Source: Candidatus Latescibacterota bacterium
Lineage (GTDB): Bacteria > Latescibacterota > UBA2968 > UBA8231
NCBI GenBank assembly: GCA_965197905.1
Contig: CBDAOB010000004.1
Span: forward strand, 1,600,001 to 1,664,000
Reading direction: 5' to 3'
DNA: 64,000 bases
Shown in pieces: positions 39,257 to 49,176 of this stretch; positions within the stretch are counted from its first letter, which is position 1; every line of letters starts with the position of its first letter. Under the pieces are notes generated by a model, which saw nothing but the letters and a program-made list of their open reading frames with translations, was not told where the DNA came from and searched no databases. The position numbers and the translations under genes were made by a program.

Positions 39257-41933
39257 GTGCAAAAGAGAATAGATACAAACCTAGCATCATTCCCGGCCAG
39301 CTTGATACGCCCATTCGGGACGACTGTCCTGAGTCTCATCCTCGTCGGTTCGCTCCTCGTCGGGAAGGCAGCATGGTCTGAGGAGGCTGAAGAATCAGAG
39401 ACGGTTGCAGAAGAAACCGGCTTTCAGGAAGAGGCTACCGGCAAGGGAGGGGCTGACACCACCGTCGTCTACACCCTCGAACTCGGCATGCACCGCGCTC
39501 TGTGAAGGAATCGGCCGCGCCCGTGGACGTGCTGCATGCGGCAGAGCTGCGCACCCAGGCCGCCGTCGATATGGATGACATCCTGCGCAATCTGGTCCCG
39601 TCGTACAATATCCAGAAACACGGCATTGACGACGAAGCGACCCTGGTGCGCCCCGCCACCCTCCGGGGCCTGCCGCCGGACCACCTGCTGGTGCTGGTCG
39701 ATGGCAAGCGCCGCCATCGCTCCGGCGTGATCGCGCTGCTGGGCAGTTCGCTCAATGCGGGCTCGCAGGGACCCGATCTGAGCGTGATTCCGATCATTGC
39801 CATCGAGCAGATGGAGATTCTCCGCGACGGGGCCGCGGCGCAGTACGGTTCCGACGCCATCGCCGGCGTGCTGAACATGAGACTGCGCAACGCCGCCCAA
39901 GGAGTGTTGCTGGAGATACGCGGTGGCCAGTACTTCGAGGGCGACGGCCGCCTCACCCAGGCCGCCGCCAACGTCGGCCTGCCGCTGACCCAGGACGGGT
40001 TCTTCAACTTCAGCCTCGAGTACCGCCAGCTCGATCCGACCATACGCAGCGGCACCCGCGCCAATGCCGCGACCCTGAGCGAGCGAGGCTATCCCGTCGA
40101 AGACCCGGCGCAGATCTGGGGCAGCCCCGACGTCGACGGCGCCTGGAACACCTTCTTCAACGCCGGGGTCGATCTCGGCAACGGGGCTGAAGCCTACGGC
40201 TTTGGCGGCTGGGCCAAGCGCCGGACCGAGGGGGGATTCTTCTTCCGCGCTCCGGGCACCTCCTCGGCGCGCGGCGGCGTCTTTCGCGTCGGCAATGAAC
40301 GGGCTGTCGCCGATCTCGACCTCGACGACGACATCGACCCCTCGACCGTGGACGTGCCCTCCCTGGACGCCAGCTTCGAGGAGGTCCAGGCTTTCGTCGA
40401 CCGCTACCAGGGCGATCTATTCCTCTTCAACGAGCGCTTTCCCGGCGGTTTCACGCCGCGCTTCGGCGCCGACATCCGCGATCTGAGTCTGGTGGCCGGG
40501 CTGCGCGGCCAACGGGACAGCGGCCTCAAGTGGGACGCCAGCGTCAGCGCCGCCCGCAGCAACATCGAGTTCTTCATCTTCAACACCATCAACGCCTCGC
40601 TGGGGCCGGCTACGTCGACCTCGTTCCGCCCGCGCGACTACATCCAGACCGAAGTAGCGGCCGACCTCGACTTCTCCTACGCCGTGGGGGTGGGCGCCCT
40701 GGCCTCGCCCCTCGACGTCGCCTGGGGCGCGGAATGGCGCCAGGAGACCTTCGAGTCGGTGGCCGGCGATCTGGCCTCGTACCAGGCCGGCCCTTTCTCC
40801 GATCAGGGCTTCAGCATCGGTTCCAACGGCTACCAGGGGCTACATCCGAGGAACGCCGGCAAGTGGAGTCGCCCGAACTATGCCCTCTACCTGGACAGCT
40901 GGGCCTGGCGGTGCGTTACGAGGACTTCTACAAGGACTTCGGCAATACCCTCAACGGCAAGCTCTCGGCCCTATGGCGGGCTACCGACCGGGTCACCCTG
41001 CGCTCGACGGCCAACACCGGCTTCCGCGCCCCATCGCCCGGCCCGGCCAACTTGACCGCCGTGACCACCAGCTTCTCCGGCCTCGGCGGTCTGACCGAAC
41101 AGGGGCAGGTGCCGCCCACCCATCCCATCGCCGCGGCCCTGGGCGGCGTGGCGCTCACCGAGGAGGAGTCCGTGGGCTTCTCGGTCGGCACCGCCGTGGA
41201 ACTCACCGACGAACTCGAGCTAACCCTCGACTACTTCGACATCTCCGTCAAGGACCGCATCTCCCTGACCGGGAACATCGAGATTACGGAGGAGATCTCC
41301 CGGCTGATCCAGGAGAGGGAGGCCCTGAAGGGGGTCAGCGTTCTCCAGGAGATCAAGTTCTTCTCCAACGACTTCGACACCGGCACCCGGGGCATCGACC
41401 TGGTGCTGTCCTGGAGGCGGGTCTGGGACAGCCAGTCCTTGTCAACCGTCGACTTCGCCTGGAACTGGACCACCACCAACCTCGATGACTTTTCGCAGGT
41501 GCGGCGAGTCACGGAGTTCCTCGGTACGTCCTTGGACGAGCCGAACGACGTCAGCCTGTTGACGCGCCGGCGCCAGGTGGAACAGGAGCAGATGAACCCC
41601 GAGCACCGCCTGGTGCTCACCGGCCGCCATCAGTTGGGTTCCTGGAACGCCATGCTGCGGCCCAGCTATTTCGGCGACTGGAAGGCCTGCCGCTTCCAGG
41701 CCAATAGCTGTGGCGACCTCGATTCCTTCGACGGGAGCGTCATCGTCGACGCCGAAGCCGGCTACGCCATAAACGAGCGCTACCGGTTGGGGTTGGGGGT
41801 GCGGAATATGTTCGACTTGGTGCCCGATGCCGCCCCCAAGGAGACGGCGGGCCAGGGCAATCTGCGCCCGGCGAGCACCCCCTGGGATTACAACGGCGCC
41901 TTCTGGTACACGCGCTTGTTTGTGGAATTTTAG
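39257..41933 (+). pseudogene. TonB-dependent receptor, broken near 39490 and 40900
   Basis: Plug LRGLPPDHLLVLVDGKRRH, EILRDGAAAQYGSDAIAGV, TGFRAP, C-terminal F; three frames needed. Confidence 0.85.
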
Positions 41934-42104
41934 GGTGGAATTGGAAAGCTGCGGGGTCGCCGTGGGATGGTGGGCACAGTATCGGTGCCCATGTATTGGC
42001 CAGGAAGTGTAAAGTGTCTGAAGGGGAAATCAGGGGGTGGGGATGCCGCTTCGCTAGGCGCGGACCTGCACGTGGGATCGGTGGTCCAGGCTACGCATCC
42101 GGAG

Positions 42105-43284
42105 TTACTCGTACCACGACAGCACCTTGCCCGGGTAATAGGTCCCGCTGCCCCTGCCCACGGCGGGGTAGTAAGGAGGCGTCTGGGATACCAGCCGGTC
42201 GTCATACTCGAGATCCAGGACGTTGTTTCCGAGGGTGCCCTCTGTTTTCTGAGCGATCCCCCCGACCACGGTCAGCGTGCCAGCAGAGACCGAACTGCTA
42301 TGAACCGTGACCTGCCCCAGCGCCAGCATGGTGGCGTGGATCACCCGATCTTGAAAAGGGCCCGAATCTCCGACGACGATATCCTTCTCGCTGATAAGAC
42401 CGAGAAAGGTGTTCGTGTTCTTTTTCGTCAGGTCGCTGTGGATAAAGATCTCCTGATCGGACACCACGGTGACCTGGCCGTCCAGGCTACCCCCAACCTG
42501 GATCGGCGTGGTGCTGTGAATCACACCGTTCGAGGGTAACGGAACGATCTGTCCCGTAACTCCCGGCGCTTTGTAATAGACGCAGTTATCTTGAAAATTG
42601 ATATAGACCTTCTTCCCAGTGGTCGTAGTTCCCGCGTAGAATTGCACGTCACTGAGACCCGCCGTAGTGAGATCGGCCGCCGTGGGGAAGGAGACCGAGT
42701 CGGTGACGGCGAAAGAGCCGTTTCCGAGAAACTGCGGCAGGTCGGTGGAGTCGGCGGGAGGGGAGGGACTGAGGGCCCACATGTTCGGGCTGGTCACCGG
42801 TCCGGTAAAAACAGGATGCCCTTCTATGGTCAAAACCTGCCGTTGGTGTGGACCGGGCCAAAAAGGGTGTCTCCGCCTGTGTACTTGAGGTCGGAATTGG
42901 TGAAATAGGCATACTCGGAAAACCGTCTGCGCCGCCACGTGACAACCTTCTCAACCTCGACCTCACCCATTATCCCTTCGGAAGTGACCACGAAGACCAG
43001 GGTATCGCTCCCTACAACGCTCACAGAGTCGGCCTTCACCGTAACGACAGAGGTTCCACCCAACATATCTCTTTTGTCGCCCCCCCATCCACGCCAGTCG
43101 GAGTCTTTAACCAGTTCGCACAGGGCCATACGTGCCCCACTACTGGCGATCTCGCCGGCCTGGGCGCGGTTGGTATTGGTTCACGAGTCCATCCGACGAA
43201 GGCTTCCCCCACCTCGTTAAGATTGCTCTGGACCGCGCCGAAGGCGAAGACGAAGCCAGCGATGACAATTAAGCATTTACCCAT
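42105..43284 (-). pseudogene. PilX/DUF4900-like minor pilin-associated protein, frameshifted
   Basis: N-terminal hydrophobic helix, FSEYAYFT..GDTLFGPVHTNG, LGLISEKDI, YDDRL...PPYYP. Confidence 0.6.
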
Positions 43285-43438
43285 GTCTTGGCTGCGTCTC
43301 CATACGCCCTGAACTCGTTGGCCCGTCGCCCTTGGGACCGGGCATCGACGGGGCCAGTGGCGTAGATTATCATGTTTTATTTAGATTATAATAATACCTT
43401 ATAACATACAATAATACCTGATGACATACTATTTTATA

Positions 43439-44437
43439 GGGGATTATATACTTGACTAAGCAGCCGATCTTTCGTCTATTAGTTGTAGGTAAGGAGGTTA
43501 TACGAAATGGGCGCACCTGGAAAAAGCCACCGCAAAGGAATCTCAGTCATAGAGTTGTTTGAAATGTTCCCCGACAATGATACTGCCCAGCAATGGTTTG
43601 AACAAGAACGTTGGCCCCGGACGTTGTGTTGCCCACGCTGCGGCGGGGTTGACAAGGCGAAGCGAACCGAGCATGGCGTTCCTATGGCTTTCTGGTGCGG
43701 GGACTGCCGCAAGCATTTCAGCGTCAGGACGGGGACGATATTGGAGCGGTCGAAAATTCCTTTACAGAAGTGGGCCATAGGTATATTTTTGCATCTGTCC
43801 AGCTTGAAGGGAGTGTCCAGTCTGAAGCTGCATAGGGATCTGAAAATCACCCAGAAAAGCGCGTGGCACATGTTGCATCGTATTCGCAAAGCCTACGAGA
43901 GCGAGAAGTCTACTGGACGGACCAGTCGAAATAGACGAAACTTTTATCGGCGGCGTAGAAGCTAACAAGCACGCCCACAAAAAACTGCGTTCAGGACGGG
44001 GACCGGTAGGCAAGGCGGCTGTTGCCGGTATCAAGGACCGCAACACCAAGGAAGTCCGAACGGCGGTTGTTGCTGATACTACTGCGGACACGCTGCAAGG
44101 TTTTGTGCGTGGCAACGTGCGGCGCAGGGCAGCCAAGTATACCGACGAGAACGGCTCCTATGTTGGCCTGCCATTCCACGAGACGGTTAAGCATGGGGTA
44201 GGGGAGAACTGGGTGAGCGGCAAGACGCATACGAACGGCATAGAGAGCTTTTGGAGCATGTTGAAACGCGGCTATCACGGAACCTATCACAAGATGAGCG
44301 TCAAGCACCTGCATCGTTACGTAACCGAGTTTGCCGGGCGGCACAATATCCGCGAACAGGACACCATTGACCAGATGCGGTCCATGTTCGCCGGTATGAT
44401 AGGCAAGCGCCTCATGTATTCGGAGTTGATCGAGTGA
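43439..44437 (+). mobile_element. IS1595-family element: left end and transposase (43507-44437, frameshift near 43910); right end not identified
   Basis: Zn ribbon CPRC..CGDC, TQKSAW.M..RIR, VEIDETFIGG, YTDE, HTNGIESFWS.LKRG, YHKMS.KHL; terminal GGGGATTATATA at 43439. Confidence 0.9.
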
Positions 44438-44820
44438 CCGTAGAGTCTGTATCCTACGAAAGGAACCTCATGAATCTCGGAGAGGCTGCCAACGAATTAA
44501 AGGATGCACAAGAAAATTACAATGGCGCTATGAGCGCACTGAAAGCTCAAGTAGCAGGATTAGAAGTGCTCATATCATTTTTGCAGGAGGGGGAGTTTTC
44601 CCTAACTACCACTAACGAACTCAAGAACAAAGCTGGGAAATTTATCACAATCCCAAGGGGTCAATATCTTTACGAGGCAATAAAGGATTACGACGATGGC
44701 CGCAAGCGACTCAAAGAGGCCATTGAGGAATTCGGCAAGTCTGGTGTGAAGGAATCCTCATTCAGGGTCAAGCCCTTTAAGGAACTTTTCATTAAGACCA
44801 GCAATGGAAAAGAAGATTGA
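44434..44820 (+). CDS. Low-GC hypothetical protein, probable IS1595 passenger
   Basis: 128-aa ORF overlapping the transposase stop (GTGA). Confidence 0.65.
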   Translation: MTVESVSYERNLMNLGEAANELKDAQENYNGAMSALKAQVAGLEVLISFLQEGEFSLTTTNELKNKAGKFITIPRGQYLYEAIKDYDDGRKRLKEAIEEFGKSGVKESSFRVKPFKELFIKTSNGKED

Positions 44821-44858
44821 ACTTCGGAGTTAATAGATGACTGAATCGGAAATGGCTT

Positions 44859-44993
44859 ATGAAGAAGAAACCAGCCATCCCCAAGGAGTTGCAAAGAAGG
44901 GCATCTATCTTGGTCAGAGCCCTATTTGCGCTGCCCCCCGAAGATAAAAACCCACCGAAGCCAATTCCCAAGAAGAAGGACCAAGCCGTTTGA
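44859..44993 (+). CDS. Small basic peptide downstream of the IS1595 transposase
   Basis: Manual translation MKKKPAIPKELQRRASILVRALFALPPEDKNPPKPIPKKKDQAV; an overlapping alternative frame exists. Confidence 0.4.
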   Translation: MKKKPAIPKELQRRASILVRALFALPPEDKNPPKPIPKKKDQAV

Positions 44994-45019
44994 GCGAGGC
45001 TTGACAAACGTGGTGGTCT

Positions 45020-45373
45020 CTAGGGCGACGGGTAGTAAATTTCGATATTGACGCCCATTGTTTTTCCGTCATACCCGCCCGTCACAGCGGATATTTTCGC
45101 ATCTAGCTGGCCGCCATCCACTATACGCTCGTCCATGTGCAAATTCCGCGCAGTTCGACTAGGGAGGTGTCCAATCTGCTTGATTTTGCTTCCACCGAAA
45201 AAGCTACTTTGGCGACAGTAAACCGCAATCGCATTTTCGTCATAGGGGTTTTCGGGTTCGTGCTGCAAAATCAGCCTGTCGCCCACTTTGCACTTTGCGA
45301 TAATTTTCTGCCGGTCCGTACCGTCGTCATTGGGGTAGGTCACACCTACGGCTTTGGTGTGAAAAGATTCCAT
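45020..45373 (-). CDS. HIRAN domain protein
   Basis: AVGVTY, L.HEPENPYDENAIAVY, IGHLP. Confidence 0.85.
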   Translation of the reverse strand: MESFHTKAVGVTYPNDDGTDRQKIIAKCKVGDRLILQHEPENPYDENAIAVYCRQSSFFGGSKIKQIGHLPSRTARNLHMDERIVDGGQLDAKISAVTGGYDGKTMGVNIEIYYPSP

Positions 45374-45383
45374 TTCGGTTCTC

Positions 45384-45569
45384 TTATAAGCGGACCTCTT
45401 GCGCAAATACAAAACCCCTGTGGTTGTAAACGGAATCTTCCTCTTGCTCAGAGAAGTCAATCTCGGGATGCTCTTCGATCAGCCTATTTACTATCCTGAC
45501 GAGATCAGAGATAGTACGCTCTTGTTCTCGTGCATTGGATACTATATGTTCAACGGAAGTATTGGACAT
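45384..45569 (-). CDS. Small hypothetical protein
   Basis: MSNTSVEHIV..., AGGTAGGA RBS-like sequence upstream, co-oriented with HIRAN. Confidence 0.5.
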   Translation of the reverse strand: MSNTSVEHIVSNAREQERTISDLVRIVNRLIEEHPEIDFSEQEEDSVYNHRGFVFAQEVRL

Positions 45570-45590
45570 TGAAAGTCCTACCTTTCTTTG

Positions 45591-45602
45591 GGGGATTATA
45601 TA
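45591..45602. mobile_element. Second IS1595-type terminal sequence GGGGATTATATA
   Basis: Identical 12-mer to 43439-43450 in the same orientation, 16 bp past the HNH gene stop. Confidence 0.6.
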
Positions 45603-45618
45603 GCAAAGTTGCGAGTAG

Positions 45619-46179
45619 CTATTTATCCATCCAGGAAAAATCTTTTCTTCTTTGGCTGATAATAGTAGCAAATTCAGCCTGGGTTTTCTTACCCTTGACG
45701 CTGTTGCAGTGTCCGCACAAAAGCTGAAAGTTCCACTTGTGGTCCGTCCCGCCCCGATTTTTGGCTATGATATGGTCCATGTCAAAATCTTCCAACCGTG
45801 AAAAATGGCTATTACACCCATTGCAACGGCCCACCTGAATACCGTATAATCCCCTTTTATATTCCCTTTTCTCTTTTTGCGTTAATGGCGGTCCTAAATC
45901 TGTTCTTTGTGGAACCTTGTTAGTTACCTGAATGTCACCAAATAGGCCCTCATCGTCTCTTATGCGGTCTACCACAAGCTCGCCAGCCTTTGTGGAAATT
46001 CTTTCTGCTATACCTGGTAATATTTCTTGATATTCCCTGAATAGAACAGGTGGAGGCAGTGGCCCCCTAAAGGTCGTTGATTCAATTATGGCAATTTGTG
46101 TGCTTTGAGGAAGACGCTTTAAAACTTCGGGGGGAATTTCAGAAATCAGATCATCTGGAACTGCATTTTGACCCGCATC
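45619..46179 (-). pseudogene. HNH endonuclease domain (methyltransferase-tail type) joined in frame to a DUF2335-like fragment; no start codon
   Basis: CNGC..MDHIIAKNRGGTDH..NFQLLCGHCNSVKG; upstream GPLPPP..EYQEILPGIAERI. Confidence 0.7.
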
Positions 46180-46728
46180 TCACTACGGGTTTGAGCAAAG
46201 GGTGTGCCACACCCAGCGCGGTTGGTCGATTTTTTGCCTGATCCGGCCGTGGAATTACCGAACGGGGGCGCGCTTGTCTACCGTGAGAGGACCATATCTT
46301 GTATTGGTCCGGAAAAAATCGAACCGACACACAACATGAGATAGTGGGCTTCCGGGCGCAAGAGTGGGCCGCAGGCTACCTATCCGCTGGCTCAGCTACC
46401 TCGCGGTTGGTGTCGAAAGGCACACTGTGGAACCCGTATTTTATGTGGGAAAAATTGGCCGGTTGGACGCAACTTTCAAGCAAAATAATCTGCAAATGCC
46501 TGGTTTTCAGTCAAATCGCCCTGTTATTCAGGCGATCTGAGCGTAATCGCGCGGTCCGATCAGGGGCGCGCTCTCCTCCCGGGCCGGAGGCAACAACTCT
46601 GGTGCGCCGTGCGGCACTTGGCTGGCCATGGCGATCAGCGCTTCCGCGGGCGAGGAACCGCGACCGCTTGCCCACGGCGACGTGGCAATCCACAGGTCTC
46701 GTTCCACTTCAATAATGAAGGAATACTG

Positions 46729-46974
46729 CTATCCACACACCTGACAGGGGATGAGCAGCTCGACGCGCCCGGTCCCCCGGCAGCAACAGTCCGTATCGCT
46801 GGTTTCCCGCACGCGGCAACACGCGCAAGGCGTGCTGTGGGGCATGTGACCAGTCCCGTAGCAGGTACTGCAGGTGGCATCCGGCAACGACGCGACTCCG
46901 CTACATATTGGGGATCGTCGGGTGGAAACTACTAGAAGGGGCAGTTCCAGGAATAATACAAACGGCTCCGGCAA
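46729..46974 (-). CDS. Small Cys-rich DnaJ-type zinc-finger-like protein
   Basis: CSTCYGTG, CCRGTG, CQVCG; start uncertain. Confidence 0.4.
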   Translation of the reverse strand: MPEPFVLFLELPLLVVSTRRSPICSGVASLPDATCSTCYGTGHMPHSTPCACCRVRETSDTDCCCRGTGRVELLIPCQVCG

Positions 46975-47037
46975 AGAGCAAGATCAAACGCCGCCCAAGC
47001 CTGCCAGAGCCGACGGGGAGCGGCCGGAAGCCTATTT

Positions 47038-47328
47038 CTAGGTCCCGATTTCGGAAGCAGAGCGAGCGGAGAACCTACCCTCTCGCAGCCCCCGCAAGGC
47101 CGCAAGAGCGTCCCAGGCGCCAGCGGTGTGACGCATTTCGTCTTGCATCTCCATGCCCTTGCGAACCGTCCGGTGGCGTTCTCGACGGCGCTCTTCGCGG
47201 TCGTGATTCTGGGCATAGGACACAACCGATCGGCGTAGAACTTCATCCGAACTGATCCCGGATTGGGTCGCTATGCGACCGACTGCATCGGCCTGCTCAT
47301 CGGAGAGGCAGATTTCAACGCGGGTCAC
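47038..47328 (-). CDS. Ribbon-helix-helix (CopG-like) protein
   Basis: RVEICLSDEQ...IA...GISSDEVLRRSV; AAGGGG RBS before GTG. Confidence 0.65.
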   Translation of the reverse strand: MTRVEICLSDEQADAVGRIATQSGISSDEVLRRSVVSYAQNHDREERRRERHRTVRKGMEMQDEMRHTAGAWDALAALRGLREGRFSARSASEIGT

Positions 47329-47419
47329 GAAATATCCCCTTTATGGGCTGATTTGAGGAATGGAGCGATCCCAGTATATCGGCCTTTTGATCACCTGTCA
47401 AGAGAAAAGCTAACTCATT

Positions 47420-47510
47420 TGCGGACAATAAGTTATTATGTGGAAAACTAGCTCATTTTGTGGATATTGTGGTCTCTTCTGTGGACAGAATGGGGAGCCA
47501 GTGTGGATAA
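47420..47510. promoter_or_regulatory. Array of DnaA-box-like sites
   Basis: TGCGGACAA 47420, TGTGGAAAA 47439, TGTGGATAT 47459, TGTGGACAG 47480, perfect TGTGGATAA 47502; all in one orientation in AT-rich intergenic DNA. Confidence 0.6.
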
Positions 47511-47559
47511 CGTTGGCCCTCCTCGCAGGACCTGAGATCACGGGGACGTAGGGTTGGGA

Positions 47560-48452
47560 TTATTTCTTTTTCGGAGATTTTCGCGCCGCGAATCCGGCCC
47601 TATCTTCCAACTCTTCCACGGTGCCGGGCCAATCCCCTTTCAGCAGCCGCGACAGCTGACGATCGGCCAGCACCTTGCCACCGGTCTGGCACCGGGGGCA
47701 GTAGTTGGTTTCGTTCTGCGCATATTCGATCCGCTGAACCGCTGTGCCGCATTGCGGGCATGGCTCCCCGAAACGACCGTGCACCGCCATTCCCGGACGG
47801 AATCGGCGCGCAGGCGCTCGGTCCACCCTTTCAACGTTGAAATCGCAGCTTGGTGAAGCCGAGCGATTTCCTCGTCGGCGAGCCGGCGGGTCCACTTTAG
47901 CGGGGAAAGGCCGGCCGCGTGAAGAATCTCGTCGGAGTAGGCATTGCCGATTCCGCTGAACAAGTGTGGATCGGTCAGCGCTCGTTTGAGGGTGTGGTTC
48001 TCGCGTGCCAAGACCTGTTTGAACGCCGCTTCGTCGCTGTCAATCACCTCCAGGCCCCCCGGATCGTGCTCGGCAAGCCCCTCGCGACCGCACACCAGGT
48101 GCAGCGAAGCGCGCTTTTTCGACCCGGCCTCGGTCACCATCATGGTGCCCTGGGCGAAATGAAACGCCGCCAGATCGATTTTCTTCCGCGGTTTGCTACC
48201 CGCTCGTTTCCAGTGAAAGCGACCGGCGATCATCAAGTAGAACACCAGGAAGAGCCCTTCCTCGAGGTTCCAGACGATGCGCTTTCCCTGACGATGGAAG
48301 TCGATGATCTCTTTACCGACAACCGCTTGCAGCGGCGGATCGAAGCTGCGCACCAGGAACGGACTGCGGAGTTCCACCTGTTCGATGGTCTGGTGCTGCA
48401 GCAAACGCTTCAGTGCATCGACATAGATCTGGACGTCGGGGAGTTCAGGCAT
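47560..48452 (-). CDS. Fpg/Nei family DNA glycosylase; frameshift/deletion near 47800
   Basis: MPELPDV, H2[13 protein letters not shown], Zn finger CPQC...CPRCQ in the second frame. Confidence 0.88.
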
Positions 48453-48470
48453 AGGAACAATGCCGGCAAG

Positions 48471-49157
48471 CTACCAGGGCAGACCGACCGCCATGGTCAG
48501 GTATTCCATGAACGGCGCCGCGGCCCGACAGCGGGCGCTGAAACGATCGAGGAAACCGTCGGCGCACACCTCTTTTTGCGTCAAGGGCGAAACCCCGATG
48601 AAATCCTTGCGCTTGAGATCTTCGATAAGCGGGTGGTCGGCGTCGAAACCGCGTGGGGGGCGTTTGAGCTTGTCGCCCTCCAGTTTGAAGTGAGCAGTGA
48701 ACTCCTTGTCCTTTACTGCTTGAAGCCATCCCTCCGACTTGTCGGCGATGAAGCTTCGCAGCAGCCCAAGAGTGTTGGAATCGGGGTGCCAGATGCCGGC
48801 GCCGGCGAACAGGTTTCCCGGTTCCAAGTGCAGATAGTAGCCTGGACCGTGCACGTCGCGCCCCGAGTCGTGGCGAAAGTGGATGCCCGCCGCAGTTTTA
48901 TACGGGCTTTTGTCCTTGGAAAAGCGAACGTCGCGGTGAAGGCGAAACAGCGAGCCGCCAGTGCGCCGAGCATCAGCGACGAAATTCGGACTGATCCTGT
49001 GCAAGGCCGGTTCGAAATCCCGCACGAACTGGAGCAGCGGTTCGCGGACCTGCGCCTCGTAACCTTCTTTGTTTGCCTGAAACCATTCCCTGTTGTTGTT
49101 CCTGGCGAGTTCGCGGAAAAAGGCGAACAGCCCGGGTTTTATATACGGATTCGCCAC
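48471..49157 (-). CDS. DUF2461 family protein
   Basis: NNNREWF, FRLHRDVRFSKDKSPYK, LKRPPRGF..DHP. Confidence 0.92.
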   Translation of the reverse strand: MANPYIKPGLFAFFRELARNNNREWFQANKEGYEAQVREPLLQFVRDFEPALHRISPNFVADARRTGGSLFRLHRDVRFSKDKSPYKTAAGIHFRHDSGRDVHGPGYYLHLEPGNLFAGAGIWHPDSNTLGLLRSFIADKSEGWLQAVKDKEFTAHFKLEGDKLKRPPRGFDADHPLIEDLKRKDFIGVSPLTQKEVCADGFLDRFSARCRAAAPFMEYLTMAVGLPW

Positions 49158-49176
49158 CGTCTCCTCCTGCTGTGGG

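Noticed and set aside
45845..45854. TATAATCCCC as the right inverted repeat of the IS1595 element
   Set aside because: Only 10 of 12 bp match, and it lies inside an uninterrupted HNH coding sequence (KRGLYG), so it is probably chance.
46180..46290. Small hairpin cluster (GGGTGT/ACACCC and others) at the island boundary
   Set aside because: Too few and too short stems to separate from chance in GC-rich DNA.
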